IMG/VR virus record: IMGVR_UViG_3300032030_002018
DNA from: a virus
Lineage: Duplodnaviria; Caudoviricetes
Strand: one strand, 5' to 3'
DNA length: 64,000 nucleotides
Both the position numbers and the translations under genes were made by a program. Shown here piece by piece: positions 1 to 9,422 of this stretch (positions within the stretch are counted from its first letter, which is position 1; each line of letters begins with the position of its first letter). Under the pieces are notes generated by a model, which was given only the letters and a program-made list of their open reading frames with translations, made no database searches and was not told the origin of the DNA.

Positions 1-65
1 AATCTGTTTCTGTTAATCGGAACCCTCTGTATCTTATTTATGTTAAATTCAGGTGTTGATGCCAT
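1..65 (-). CDS. Partial CDS (N-terminus only), MASTPEFNINKIQRVPINRNR...; possibly a virion/neck protein
   Basis: ATG at 65-63, open to the window edge; TATTTATA motif just upstream (82-89). Confidence 0.55.
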   Translation of the reverse strand, partial: MASTPEFNINKIQRVPINRNR

Positions 66-105
66 TAATCAAAATTTTTAATATAAATATATCGAAAATC
101 CAATA

Positions 106-211
106 TTTTTTCGTTTAGTTTAATAATTATTATTAAACTAATGAAAATTATGAGAAAAAATAGAATAAGATTAACTGAATCAGACTTACGAAGGATAGTA
201 AATAAGTCTGT
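106..211 (+). repeat. Dispersed repeat copy 1 (upstream region plus leader-coding DNA)
   Basis: Near-identical to 25437-25542; the coding part also resembles 7659-7739 on the minus strand. Confidence 0.85.
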
Positions 212-884
212 GAAAAAAATATTGAGAGAGTCAAAATTACTTAACGAACTTGATTGGAAAACATATAGAAATGCGCAAGAAAAGGCATTAGAAAGAGATG
301 AAGAATATAAAAATAAATATTGGGAACTTGAACGCAAAATACAAAAGGCTTATGATAATGGAGATACAGATACTGCTAACAGATTAAAGAAAAAACAAGA
401 AGCTATTGTTGGCAAAGGCTCTTTACGTGCAATGGATTTCGGCTTTTCTTCGAATAGAGCATTTAATGACAAATTTTTCAATAAGTCTTACAAGCGATTT
501 AATGATGCAGATGGTAAAACATATGCACCACTTAAAAGTACAGATGACGGGTCATATAGTACACACGAACCCTGGATTGATGGCACTGGAAACATACACG
601 GAGGACGTTTTTTTCCTGGACACGGAAAAGTTGATGGAAAATTTTATGACGATATAATTGGATACGGCACACTTGATGACCACGGAGAATTTGGTTATAA
701 CGAAATGAACGGAAATGACAGAACGTCTTTTGATGATGACGAGTTAGAAAAACTTGGTTTCCCACCTGAAGAGATTAATGATATTGAAAAAGCAAGAAGA
801 GAAATAAGGAGATACAGAAATGGTGATTATTATTACAAAAAAGGTGAAGGGTGGGAACTAAACCCAGTAGGGTACAACGGATAA
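141..884 (+). CDS. Hypothetical protein with N-terminal putative capsid-targeting leader
   Basis: 247-aa ORF starting MKIMRKNRIRLTESDLRRIVNKSVKKILRES; followed by a terminator hairpin. Confidence 0.8.
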   Translation: MKIMRKNRIRLTESDLRRIVNKSVKKILRESKLLNELDWKTYRNAQEKALERDEEYKNKYWELERKIQKAYDNGDTDTANRLKKKQEAIVGKGSLRAMDFGFSSNRAFNDKFFNKSYKRFNDADGKTYAPLKSTDDGSYSTHEPWIDGTGNIHGGRFFPGHGKVDGKFYDDIIGYGTLDDHGEFGYNEMNGNDRTSFDDDELEKLGFPPEEINDIEKARREIRRYRNGDYYYKKGEGWELNPVGYNG

Positions 885-890
885 TACAAT

Positions 891-927
891 AAAAAGCGTG
901 ACATTGTAATTTTGCCACGCTTTTTTT
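891..927. terminator. Bidirectional intrinsic terminator
   Basis: AAAAAGCGTG...CACGCTTTTTTT between convergent genes. Confidence 0.75.
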
Positions 928-943
928 ATTTTAGATATACATA

Positions 944-2164
944 TCAGGTTATAGGCAATATATCACTTGCATAGCCACTCCAATATTCTGATGATTTATA
1001 TGTGTTTACACTTTCTGACGGCACATAAAACTTTCTACCAGAAGCGTTATTGTCAAACGTACCAGTTCCTAATGATGGAGGTGCTATCGCATAAATTGTT
1101 ACACTTGTAAGACCGCTACAATCTTCGAATGCATAACTACTAATACTTGTAACACCACTTGGTATCGTTATACTTGTAAGACCTGCGCACCGATAGAATG
1201 CATAATTGGCAATACTTGTAACACCAGTTGGTATGTTTACACTTGTCAAACCGATACAATTATAGAATGCATTTGCACCAATACTTGTAACACTATCTGG
1301 TATGCTTATACTTGACAAACTACTGCGACCATTGAATGCACTTTCTCCAATCCTTGTAACACTATTAGGTATTATAGAATTATTGCATCCTTGTATAAGT
1401 GTATTTGTCGAAGTTTCAATAATTGCATTACAGTTATTACGTGAATCATATACAGTATTGTTTGAATCAACCTTTATACTTGTAAGACTTTTACAACCAT
1501 TGAATGCACTTGTACCAATACTTGTAACACCACTTCCTAATGTTATACTTGTAAGGCTACTACAATTTGAGAATGCATTAGTTTCAATACTTGTAACACC
1601 ACTTGGTATCGTTATACTTGTAAGGTTACGACAATTTAAGAATGCATAATTGGCAATACTTGTAACACCAGTTGGTATGTTTACACTTGTCAAACCAATA
1701 CAATTACTGAATGCATAATTGCCAATACTTGTAACACCAGTTGGTATGTTTATACTTGTCGAACCGCTACAATATTCGAACGCATTTGCACCAATACTTG
1801 TAACACTATTTGGAATTTCGACTTTAGTTACGGTGCTTGCAGAATAAAAAGCATATGACCCGACAGTTGTAACATCATCTGCAAACGTTATTGTTCCAAC
1901 ACCATCCTCAAAGTCGTGCGAAGATATTGTTGTATTGAATGCATTAGTGTGCAATCCAGCTGTTTTCTGCGATGTGGTTTCTGTTAGTTTAGATGGAGCA
2001 TAGTACATTATAACATTTGTTGGTATGACAGGCTCATCACCCTTTTTATTATAGTGTACTTCGTTTTCCGAGTCGCAAAGACTTACGTTAGGTAACACCG
2101 CTGTACTACCAGTTATATAGGATTCGTAATCCTGATGGTTTAAGAACAATTTAATATACTTCAT
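944..2164 (-). CDS. BspA-type leucine-rich-repeat (LRR_5/TpLRR) protein
   Basis: About ten 23-aa repeats of the form LTSVxIPxGVTSIGxYAFxxC, several near-identical at DNA level. Confidence 0.9.
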   Translation of the reverse strand: MKYIKLFLNHQDYESYITGSTAVLPNVSLCDSENEVHYNKKGDEPVIPTNVIMYYAPSKLTETTSQKTAGLHTNAFNTTISSHDFEDGVGTITFADDVTTVGSYAFYSASTVTKVEIPNSVTSIGANAFEYCSGSTSINIPTGVTSIGNYAFSNCIGLTSVNIPTGVTSIANYAFLNCRNLTSITIPSGVTSIETNAFSNCSSLTSITLGSGVTSIGTSAFNGCKSLTSIKVDSNNTVYDSRNNCNAIIETSTNTLIQGCNNSIIPNSVTRIGESAFNGRSSLSSISIPDSVTSIGANAFYNCIGLTSVNIPTGVTSIANYAFYRCAGLTSITIPSGVTSISSYAFEDCSGLTSVTIYAIAPPSLGTGTFDNNASGRKFYVPSESVNTYKSSEYWSGYASDILPIT

Positions 2165-2194
2165 AATTTATTATATTATTTATTATTATAAATA

Positions 2195-2872
2195 TCACGT
2201 TTTTTTCATTTCATATATTGTAAGGTCTGGACACATATCAATATATTGTTCGTTATATTTCCTGATTTCATTGTTACTTTCAACGATAATTTGCTTTTTG
2301 AAATCAATTCCTTTATTCACAATCAATTTTTCAAATTCGTACAATGTATTTTTACTTTCATTTCTTTCAGAATCGTGAAATAACACTACAGCGTCATCTG
2401 TTAGTTTATCAAGTTTAACAAAATCAAGCATTTGTACTCTTGAATACTTAACATTATGATAATTAGAAGGAATAACATCATTCGGTCCGTCAATTAACAC
2501 AAAATCAAACTTGTCTTGTTTTTCCAACCATTTATCGAAACCGACATATCTTGAACAGTTTCCGTATTCGTCATCGAAGTCATAGTTATTAAGTTCCAAC
2601 ATAACACAGTCTTTCCTCTTATTGTAGCATATATCGTGTTCAATTGGAAATATATCACATTCATTTTCCTCTGCGTATTTTCTGAATATCAGAGTTGACT
2701 GACCGCTACCAAGTTCACATATACGTTTCGGGTGCTTACATTCAAGAATTTCTATCATCTTGATATATTGGTCAGGAGTCATTGTTCCTATATCGCAGGA
2801 AAAACTGTATTGATTGTAATCGAAGTTAAAAACCATATCAATGTTCTGTCCAGTATTTAACACAGAAATCAA
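2195..2872 (-). CDS. Class I SAM-dependent methyltransferase
   Basis: Motif I ICELGSGQST and FDFVLIDGP. Confidence 0.75.
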   Translation of the reverse strand: MISVLNTGQNIDMVFNFDYNQYSFSCDIGTMTPDQYIKMIEILECKHPKRICELGSGQSTLIFRKYAEENECDIFPIEHDICYNKRKDCVMLELNNYDFDDEYGNCSRYVGFDKWLEKQDKFDFVLIDGPNDVIPSNYHNVKYSRVQMLDFVKLDKLTDDAVVLFHDSERNESKNTLYEFEKLIVNKGIDFKKQIIVESNNEIRKYNEQYIDMCPDLTIYEMKKT

Positions 2873-3413
2873 CTATTTCCTGTGTTGTTATTCCATATTT
2901 ATCAAGTGCTATCGGAACTTTTACCATAGGTTTCGTACAAACTTTTTTAATCGTCTCAATGTCCTGATATATTGATATCTGAAAGCCTAGATATTGCAAT
3001 CCGTTAGGCATAGTTATTTCGGCAGCTGACGCAACCTTAAAGCCATCAACAAGAATGTCATTGTTATCACATCGTGCGGAAGACAATCCTCTTGACGACA
3101 AATAATCCCTAACAGCCTTTGAGAAACTATCAGACAGGCATTCTCCACCGTTAAGTTTCCTTGACACATTAAGCAATACATTCCCTTTAACACCAATTAT
3201 ACACCCAGCATTCTTGAATGTTGGCGGCTTTGAGTATGGTATTCCGTGTTCCTTACAATATTCAACATCACAGCATCCGTCAAATCCATAAACGGCTTCA
3301 GTCCTACTAAGAACTGTTATATCTGTTTGCTCATTATCATTTGACATCCAATCCTGTAATGTCTTGTGAAACTCTATTAGAGAATCATTAAATCTTATTT
3401 CTTCTCTTTCCAT
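2838..3413 (-). CDS. Lipoate/biotin protein ligase-like (LplA/BPL fold) protein, short
   Basis: NNDILVDGFKVAS resembles the NDxxxxGxK catalytic motif. Confidence 0.6.
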   Translation of the reverse strand: MEREEIRFNDSLIEFHKTLQDWMSNDNEQTDITVLSRTEAVYGFDGCCDVEYCKEHGIPYSKPPTFKNAGCIIGVKGNVLLNVSRKLNGGECLSDSFSKAVRDYLSSRGLSSARCDNNDILVDGFKVASAAEITMPNGLQYLGFQISIYQDIETIKKVCTKPMVKVPIALDKYGITTQEIVDFCVKYWTEH

Positions 3414-3439
3414 TTGTTAATATGTTTTGACGATAAATA

Positions 3440-3470
3440 GTTGTTTTTTAGAAAAAAAACGTTATTTTTT
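3440..3470 (+). promoter_or_regulatory. Putative host-sigma (Bacteroidota -33/-7-like) promoter of the helicase operon
   Basis: GTTG-N19-TATTTTTT; the same architecture occurs on the minus strand at 11502-11472. Confidence 0.45.
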
Positions 3471-3482
3471 ATAAAAAACATA

Positions 3483-5444
3483 ATGAGTACAAGCATAAAG
3501 GATACTGAAAAGGCTTATGAAATACTTAAGTCGTATACAGGAAATAATCCATATATCATATACCTTAAAAATGAGATACTTGTGAAGAATTCAATGCAAA
3601 TGAGACCTCTTCACATTGATTTCATATTGGATAACTATACAAAAGAGCCGATACCAATCAACAAGATACTCAAAATGGCTGATTATTGGGCAGAAAGGAA
3701 GAAAGAAGAATGGGAACTTGACTTTTTGCCAGATAAGTTATATGCAACTTGGTATATTGGAGAAACACAGGGTATGTATATACTTTACGCAAAATATAGA
3801 CAATCAATGGAGCCGAAAATGATGTTTTTATCTAAAAAAGCGGTTCTTACAGACCTTTTTGTCGAGAGTTATAAGGATTTGCCAATAGATTTCAATAAAT
3901 ATGAGAAGATAAGCGGCAGAAAACTAAGGGATTATCAAGAAGAAGGTGTTAGATTCCTTGTAGCGAGGAAAAAATGCATACTTGCTGACCAAATGGGCGC
4001 CGGAAAGACCACACAAACCATAATAGCGGCACTTGAAGGTGGATATGAGCATATTTTGGTTGTGTGCCCGGCGTCTGTAAAGACAACTTGGCAAAAAGAG
4101 TTGCAATTATATGTTGATGATAAAGACATAACAATTGTTAATGGTTCAAAATGGGATGATGCGAAATTTACGATAATAAATTATGATATTTTGGACAATT
4201 TCTATGAAATTCCAACAGAAACAGTAAAAAAACGGGAGATAAATGTCAATAACAATGGTAATGTGTATTATGAAACCAAAGAAAAAGAGGTTGTTTCACG
4301 AAAAAAGGCTATAATTGAGGAATCAATGAGCAAAAGTCAGATTTTTCAGTCAAAATTTGACCTTATAATCATTGACGAGGCACATAGGCTGTCAAATACA
4401 ACATCGGGAAGGTATAAAATTATGTCAGACCTTGTTAGCAGGTCAAAACCAAGGGGGATTTTCGAACTTACAGCCACTCCGATAACAAACAAGCCGATAA
4501 ATTTCTTCAATTTGCTTAAAATAATAGGTTCTCCACTGGCAAAGGATTGGAAGGAGTATGTAATGCGATACTGTGATGGAAAATCATTCTTCAAAAAGAA
4601 TGAAAGAAACGCTTATACGGCAATTTTTCTCAAAAAAAAGGAAAAAAGCAAGTGGGAAGAACTAACATACAATGAAAAACAGGAACTTGATGACTATTTA
4701 AATTGGAAATGTAAGAAAATATGGGTAACTGACGGTGCTTCAAACCTTGAAGAACTACAAGAGAAAGTAAAAAGTTGTTATTTGAGGAGACTTACAAGTG
4801 ATTTTGGCAATATGGTAGAGAAAACCGTTAAATTACTCACCTATGAGCTTACAAACGAAGAAAAAAAGAGTTATGACAATGTTTGGAATGAATATTCAGA
4901 AGCAAAAAGCAAGGAAGGAAACGATGACGTTGACAAATTCAAGAAAATAACAGAGGGTGTTATACTTAGACAATGGCTTGCTGACAATATGATTCAAAGA
5001 ACAATATCATTAGCAAGAAAATGTATTGAAAAAGGTCATAAAGTATTGATTTTCTGCTCATTTGATAATGAAATAGAACAATTAAGAGAAGAATTCAAGG
5101 ATATATGTGTAGTTCATAATGGAAAAATGACAAACAAAAAGAAGGATGAATCTGTAAATAAGTTCCAAAACGATGACAATATCAAAATTTTCATTGGGAA
5201 TATTGTTTCAAGTTCTGTCGGACTTACATTAACAGAGGGAACAGTGGAGATTTTCAACAGTTTTTCCTGGGTTAGTGGTGAGAATGAGCAAGCTGAAGGC
5301 AGAATACATAGATTAAATCAAACAAAACCAGTTACAATATACTATCAGATTTTCAAAGACACTTTTTATGAGAAAATGTTTGATGAAGTAAGCAGAAAAC
5401 AATCAGTTATTGACAAAATAATAGTTAGCGAAAAAGAAAAGTAA
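3483..5444 (+). CDS. SNF2-family (SMARCAL1/HARP-like) helicase
   Basis: LADQMGAGKT, IIDEAH, LTATP and QAEGRIHRLNQ motifs; ATG 3483 preferred over TTG 3441. Confidence 0.9.
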   Translation: MSTSIKDTEKAYEILKSYTGNNPYIIYLKNEILVKNSMQMRPLHIDFILDNYTKEPIPINKILKMADYWAERKKEEWELDFLPDKLYATWYIGETQGMYILYAKYRQSMEPKMMFLSKKAVLTDLFVESYKDLPIDFNKYEKISGRKLRDYQEEGVRFLVARKKCILADQMGAGKTTQTIIAALEGGYEHILVVCPASVKTTWQKELQLYVDDKDITIVNGSKWDDAKFTIINYDILDNFYEIPTETVKKREINVNNNGNVYYETKEKEVVSRKKAIIEESMSKSQIFQSKFDLIIIDEAHRLSNTTSGRYKIMSDLVSRSKPRGIFELTATPITNKPINFFNLLKIIGSPLAKDWKEYVMRYCDGKSFFKKNERNAYTAIFLKKKEKSKWEELTYNEKQELDDYLNWKCKKIWVTDGASNLEELQEKVKSCYLRRLTSDFGNMVEKTVKLLTYELTNEEKKSYDNVWNEYSEAKSKEGNDDVDKFKKITEGVILRQWLADNMIQRTISLARKCIEKGHKVLIFCSFDNEIEQLREEFKDICVVHNGKMTNKKKDESVNKFQNDDNIKIFIGNIVSSSVGLTLTEGTVEIFNSFSWVSGENEQAEGRIHRLNQTKPVTIYYQIFKDTFYEKMFDEVSRKQSVIDKIIVSEKEK

Positions 5445-5450
5445 TATTAA

Positions 5451-5849
5451 ATGGATGAAAATCAGTTATATATAGCAATGGTTAGGCGTGTTGGCAAGAA
5501 CATAGACGGTCAATACAGATATGAATTTATATTTACTGACAATAAAGAGGAATGTTGGGGTGATAACTTTGAGATAAAACCGGCTGGATTATGCAGAGAC
5601 CTTGAATTGGATGATAAATATGTCACAAAAGTCATAACAGTAAATACTGATATAAAGCTTGACCTTGTTACAGAATGCAATTGTTTCTCAATACAGGACG
5701 CAATGGATGGCGTAGTTGCTGTTGCTTATGAGAATATAGACGACTATGAGGAGTTTCCTGACAACGGAAGACTTGTAATACATTTCGGAGAGAAAATAGA
5801 GGAGGTTGCAAGGAAAATGGCGATAAAAAACATACTTTTAGAAGAATAG
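5451..5849 (+). CDS. Hypothetical protein
   Basis: 132-aa ORF in an operon with the helicase. Confidence 0.75.
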   Translation: MDENQLYIAMVRRVGKNIDGQYRYEFIFTDNKEECWGDNFEIKPAGLCRDLELDDKYVTKVITVNTDIKLDLVTECNCFSIQDAMDGVVAVAYENIDDYEEFPDNGRLVIHFGEKIEEVARKMAIKNILLEE

Positions 5850-6599
5850 ATGGATAATCTTAATATTTTTATTGGTGCTTACAGACCGTTCAAACAAGTG
5901 GTTACAAATGACTCTTACAAGATAATAGTTGGAAAGCACGACATCGAGAACAATACATCGCTGACAATGTATAAATGTTCAATAACAGAGGAACTTGACG
6001 ACAGGTTTTATTCTGAAATATATATGCTGAAATGTCTTGTTGATAAAATTGAACTTGCGGAATATGATGGATTTTGTCACTATAGGAAATATTTCTCATT
6101 CCTTGACAACATACCTGATATGGATGAGATATTCAAGGAATACGACGTCATTTGCGCCAAGAAATTAATGTTGAGAAACAGCGTTAGGGAACAATATGGG
6201 AGATGCCATTGCAATAAAGACCTTGATATTGTTGAAGGTATAATAAAAGATAAATTTCCAGAATATTATGAGTCATTTGAAACAGTGATGAATAGAAAAT
6301 GGATGTATCCATACAATATGGTTATAATGAAACGTGATGATTTCAAGGAATGCATTAATTTCATATACAGCGTATTAAAAGAATTGATAAGCATTATAGG
6401 CACTGATATAGAGAAAAGAATCAATGACAACAAGGAATGTTATCTTAAAAGACGAGGTCCTAACAGCACTGTTGAATATCAATACAGAATAGGAGGATAT
6501 ATAGCTGAAAGACTTACAAATGTATACATACAAAAGAAATTTTCAAATATAAAGGAATATCAAGTTAAGATTACAGAATCCAAATATAAAAAATCCTGA
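5850..6599 (+). CDS. DUF4422-like glycosyltransferase
   Basis: GFCHYRKYF, YPYNMVIMKR and RIGGYIAERL motifs. Confidence 0.75.
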   Translation: MDNLNIFIGAYRPFKQVVTNDSYKIIVGKHDIENNTSLTMYKCSITEELDDRFYSEIYMLKCLVDKIELAEYDGFCHYRKYFSFLDNIPDMDEIFKEYDVICAKKLMLRNSVREQYGRCHCNKDLDIVEGIIKDKFPEYYESFETVMNRKWMYPYNMVIMKRDDFKECINFIYSVLKELISIIGTDIEKRINDNKECYLKRRGPNSTVEYQYRIGGYIAERLTNVYIQKKFSNIKEYQVKITESKYKKS

Positions 6600-6626
6600 T
6601 ATTTATATTGAAAAAGACGAAACAAA

Positions 6627-7004
6627 ATGCAAGAATTCTACATAAGAAAAAACAGTGTCCTCCCAATTCTGAGAATGGACTTGATAAATGATGGAAGACA
6701 CGACTATATGAAATTCCACGAAGCGATTCAGAACTCAACCATAACATTCACAATGGTAAACGCCGAAACCAATCTAACAAAGATTGCAAAGGCACCAGCA
6801 TACATCAAAAGACGTGAGACAGGCGGTTGTTCTGAACAATATGTCATATGCTACGATTGGAAAGAACGCGACACAAAAGAAGAAGGCTCATATATAGGAA
6901 CATTTGAGATAACATTCGGTAGCATAAAAGCTGATGATTATACATTCCCAACCGGTAAACTTATTATGCCAATAAGAGAAGAACTGTTGATAACCATTAA
7001 ATGA
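6627..7004 (+). CDS. Putative virion Ig-like/BppU-like protein
   Basis: 125-aa beta-rich ORF behind TATTTATA (6600-6607). Confidence 0.55.
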   Translation: MQEFYIRKNSVLPILRMDLINDGRHDYMKFHEAIQNSTITFTMVNAETNLTKIAKAPAYIKRRETGGCSEQYVICYDWKERDTKEEGSYIGTFEITFGSIKADDYTFPTGKLIMPIREELLITIK

Positions 7005-7159
7005 AAACACATACGATGAAAATCAAAGATAAACAAATAAACGAAGCAGTTAAGGAAACGATACTTGAATTCGTACAGGACGTTCAAGATGAGAACAATA
7101 TTGTTAATAATGTTAAATTTACTGATGAAGACCTTGATGTAGAAGGTTTCGATTACTAA
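7001..7159 (+). CDS. Small acidic protein (52 aa), not in the ORF track
   Basis: ATGA overlap with the previous stop; MKTHTMKIKDKQINEAVKETILE...GFDY*; ends at a terminator. Confidence 0.6.
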   Translation: MKTHTMKIKDKQINEAVKETILEFVQDVQDENNIVNNVKFTDEDLDVEGFDY

Positions 7160-7191
7160 AAAAAATGGATGACTCTGATTGTCATCCATTT
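7160..7191. terminator. Bidirectional terminator
   Basis: AAATGGATGAC...GTCATCCATTT hairpin between convergent genes. Confidence 0.7.
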
Positions 7192-7739
7192 CTTTGTATT
7201 GTATTGTCTAATGCTTTTTCACCACGTCTTACAGCGTTTGCCCATTGTGGGTTCATTATTTTGTTTTTCAATGAAACGTCAATATTACGCTCATTATACC
7301 CATTAGGATTATTTCCCCAATAAGATGTTGTTCTTCCGTTTGTTTGTTCATTTCCTCCTTGACCTGCTATACTTGAAAAATAATTACCGTATGGGGCATA
7401 TAAATTTGAGCCGCCATAATATGGCTTTCGTGGGTCGGCAAAAGTCATATTTTCATTATCACCGCTACCATAAGGTACATTTTTTAAATTATATCCATAA
7501 TCTCTGTTAAAAGAATTGGTTGCACCGTTTTTCAGTGCATTTTGCTGCTGTGCGTACGCCATACTATTTTTCCCCATTCTGCGTTGCATAGCAGGCGACA
7601 TTTGCCTATTAGTGTCTTGTGATTTTTGATACGCCGATTGAGCCGTTTCGAACGAAATTTCATTCAGCACTCTTCTTACAGATTCATTTACTATTCTTCG
7701 TAAACCCGATTCATTTAATCTAATTCTATTTTTTCTCAT
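7182..7739 (-). CDS. Hypothetical protein with putative capsid-targeting leader
   Basis: Starts MRKNRIRLNESGLRRIVNESVRRVLNE. Confidence 0.8.
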   Translation of the reverse strand: MRKNRIRLNESGLRRIVNESVRRVLNEISFETAQSAYQKSQDTNRQMSPAMQRRMGKNSMAYAQQQNALKNGATNSFNRDYGYNLKNVPYGSGDNENMTFADPRKPYYGGSNLYAPYGNYFSSIAGQGGNEQTNGRTTSYWGNNPNGYNERNIDVSLKNKIMNPQWANAVRRGEKALDNTIQRNG

Positions 7740-8201
7740 TTAAGGTACAAATTTTATTGTTACATTATTCTTGTCAGTTAACAATTTATCCATCAGTTGT
7801 TTCCAAGTTGCCTGACTGTTCATAACCTTCCCTACAACAGTATTCTTTCCTACAAGAAGACAACCAAGAGTATCATTTGCGGTGTTTCCTGGATGTATCA
7901 ATACTCCATCATATCCCTTAACATTCAATATCCTTGGCATCTTATGACCATAAGGACGTGTGTATTGAGCATTCCTTGCCGCATATTTTGGAGAAACAGT
8001 ATTCATATCAACCTTATATGTTCCATAAGGTATTGCGGTAACGCCATACTGTTTCTTCTTCATAATGTCAGATAAAGACATATCATTGGATAAACCCCTG
8101 TCCTTATCCTCTAAAGTATCACAAAAATATTTCCCATTGATATACAATTGACCAATTGTATATTTGTCCTTTTTCCATTTTCTTTTTACTATTAATTCCA
8201 T
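7740..8201 (-). CDS. DUF5675 family L,D-transpeptidase-like protein (possible endolysin)
   Basis: CDTLED, TAIPYGTY and VLIHPGNTANDTLGCLLVG (His/Cys pair). Confidence 0.8.
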   Translation of the reverse strand: MELIVKRKWKKDKYTIGQLYINGKYFCDTLEDKDRGLSNDMSLSDIMKKKQYGVTAIPYGTYKVDMNTVSPKYAARNAQYTRPYGHKMPRILNVKGYDGVLIHPGNTANDTLGCLLVGKNTVVGKVMNSQATWKQLMDKLLTDKNNVTIKFVP

Positions 8202-8255
8202 AACCTATGTATTTTTTTATCAATAAATAGTATTTATAAACAAAAAAAGGATATA

Positions 8256-9371
8256 ATGGAAAACAATAATAATTTCACACCTTCGACAAGTTGGATGACT
8301 GCCAAATATGCTGAAATGAACAGTCAGTTATTCAATGATGAATTGGGTGAATGTGATTTTGGTATATTCACAAAAGGTAGAGGTTCACAAGGTGGTGTGT
8401 TAGGATGGTTTAGGATTACTGGAAGAGTAAAGGCTGCACAATTCAACAGAAGAATGTTCAAAGTAAACCCATATGGTGAAAGAATATGGGTTGATTCAAA
8501 GAATTTTGTTGATATATGCCGTCCACGTATTGAACTTAATGGAAATTACAGAGGTACCGAAGAGGCATTCCTGGCTACTTTAGTACACGAAATGTGCCAT
8601 TATCACAACTATAAGGACGGATACATACCAAAACAAGGTCACGGCACAGAATTCAGGCATATTGCGGCAATAGTTTCAAGTCGTTCAAACGGAAGATTCA
8701 CAGTACAAAGGGTTGCAACAGCAGAACAAATGTCAGGATTGGAACTCAATGATGAGATGAAACAGAAAAAGGAGAAAAGAGCGGAAAACAAGAAACACGC
8801 GGTAACAGCTGTATTCAGATTTATGAATGACGGAAGCGTACAACTGACAACAACAAGCAACCAGGAACTTATAGACGCTCTTATGGCAACATACAAGAAT
8901 TGTAAAAAGGTTGTTACAAGTAATGACTATGACCTTATAACCATATTATTCCAACAAGGATACAAGCGAAATTTCAGGACTTGGAGATATTGGAATGTTG
9001 AAGGTAAGGATTTTGTAAACAATCTCAACCAATACCAAACATCGACACTTGAAGACGTTGTTAAGAAAGAGAAGAAGATATTCCTATTGAGAACCAGTAA
9101 TGGAATAAAGGAAATAGATTACGGAGGGTCAAAATTTAAACTATATTCAATTATAAAATCTATGATACCAAAGATAAACGACGACAGTCTATGGAATTTA
9201 ATAGACAATAAAGCGAATTATAAAACCGTTACAGAAAGCAAAATAAATACAAGCAGAATAATACGAGAAGTAATCGAAGACTTTATTAAAGAAGATGAGA
9301 AAGACGGAGTTATAGATATATTGCCAAATATGAATCTTGGATTATATTCACCAATGGAAATTGAGAACTAA
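8256..9371 (+). CDS. SprT-like zinc metalloprotease
   Basis: TLVHEMCH...QGHGTEF; C-terminal tag-like segment VTESKINTSRIIREVIE. Confidence 0.85.
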   Translation: MENNNNFTPSTSWMTAKYAEMNSQLFNDELGECDFGIFTKGRGSQGGVLGWFRITGRVKAAQFNRRMFKVNPYGERIWVDSKNFVDICRPRIELNGNYRGTEEAFLATLVHEMCHYHNYKDGYIPKQGHGTEFRHIAAIVSSRSNGRFTVQRVATAEQMSGLELNDEMKQKKEKRAENKKHAVTAVFRFMNDGSVQLTTTSNQELIDALMATYKNCKKVVTSNDYDLITILFQQGYKRNFRTWRYWNVEGKDFVNNLNQYQTSTLEDVVKKEKKIFLLRTSNGIKEIDYGGSKFKLYSIIKSMIPKINDDSLWNLIDNKANYKTVTESKINTSRIIREVIEDFIKEDEKDGVIDILPNMNLGLYSPMEIEN

Positions 9372-9378
9372 TCAATAC

Positions 9379-9416
9379 AAAAAAAATGAGCAATCAATTC
9401 AACGGTTGCTCATTTC
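9379..9416. terminator. Bidirectional terminator, ATGAGCARTC family copy 1
   Basis: ATGAGCAATC-N8-GGTTGCTCAT with flanking A/T runs. Confidence 0.8.
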
Positions 9417-9422
9417 CTTTAA

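Noticed and set aside
5847-5852. In-frame TAG-ATG junction that could fuse the 5451 and 5850 genes
   Set aside because: The two products look like independent proteins; tight operon packing explains it.
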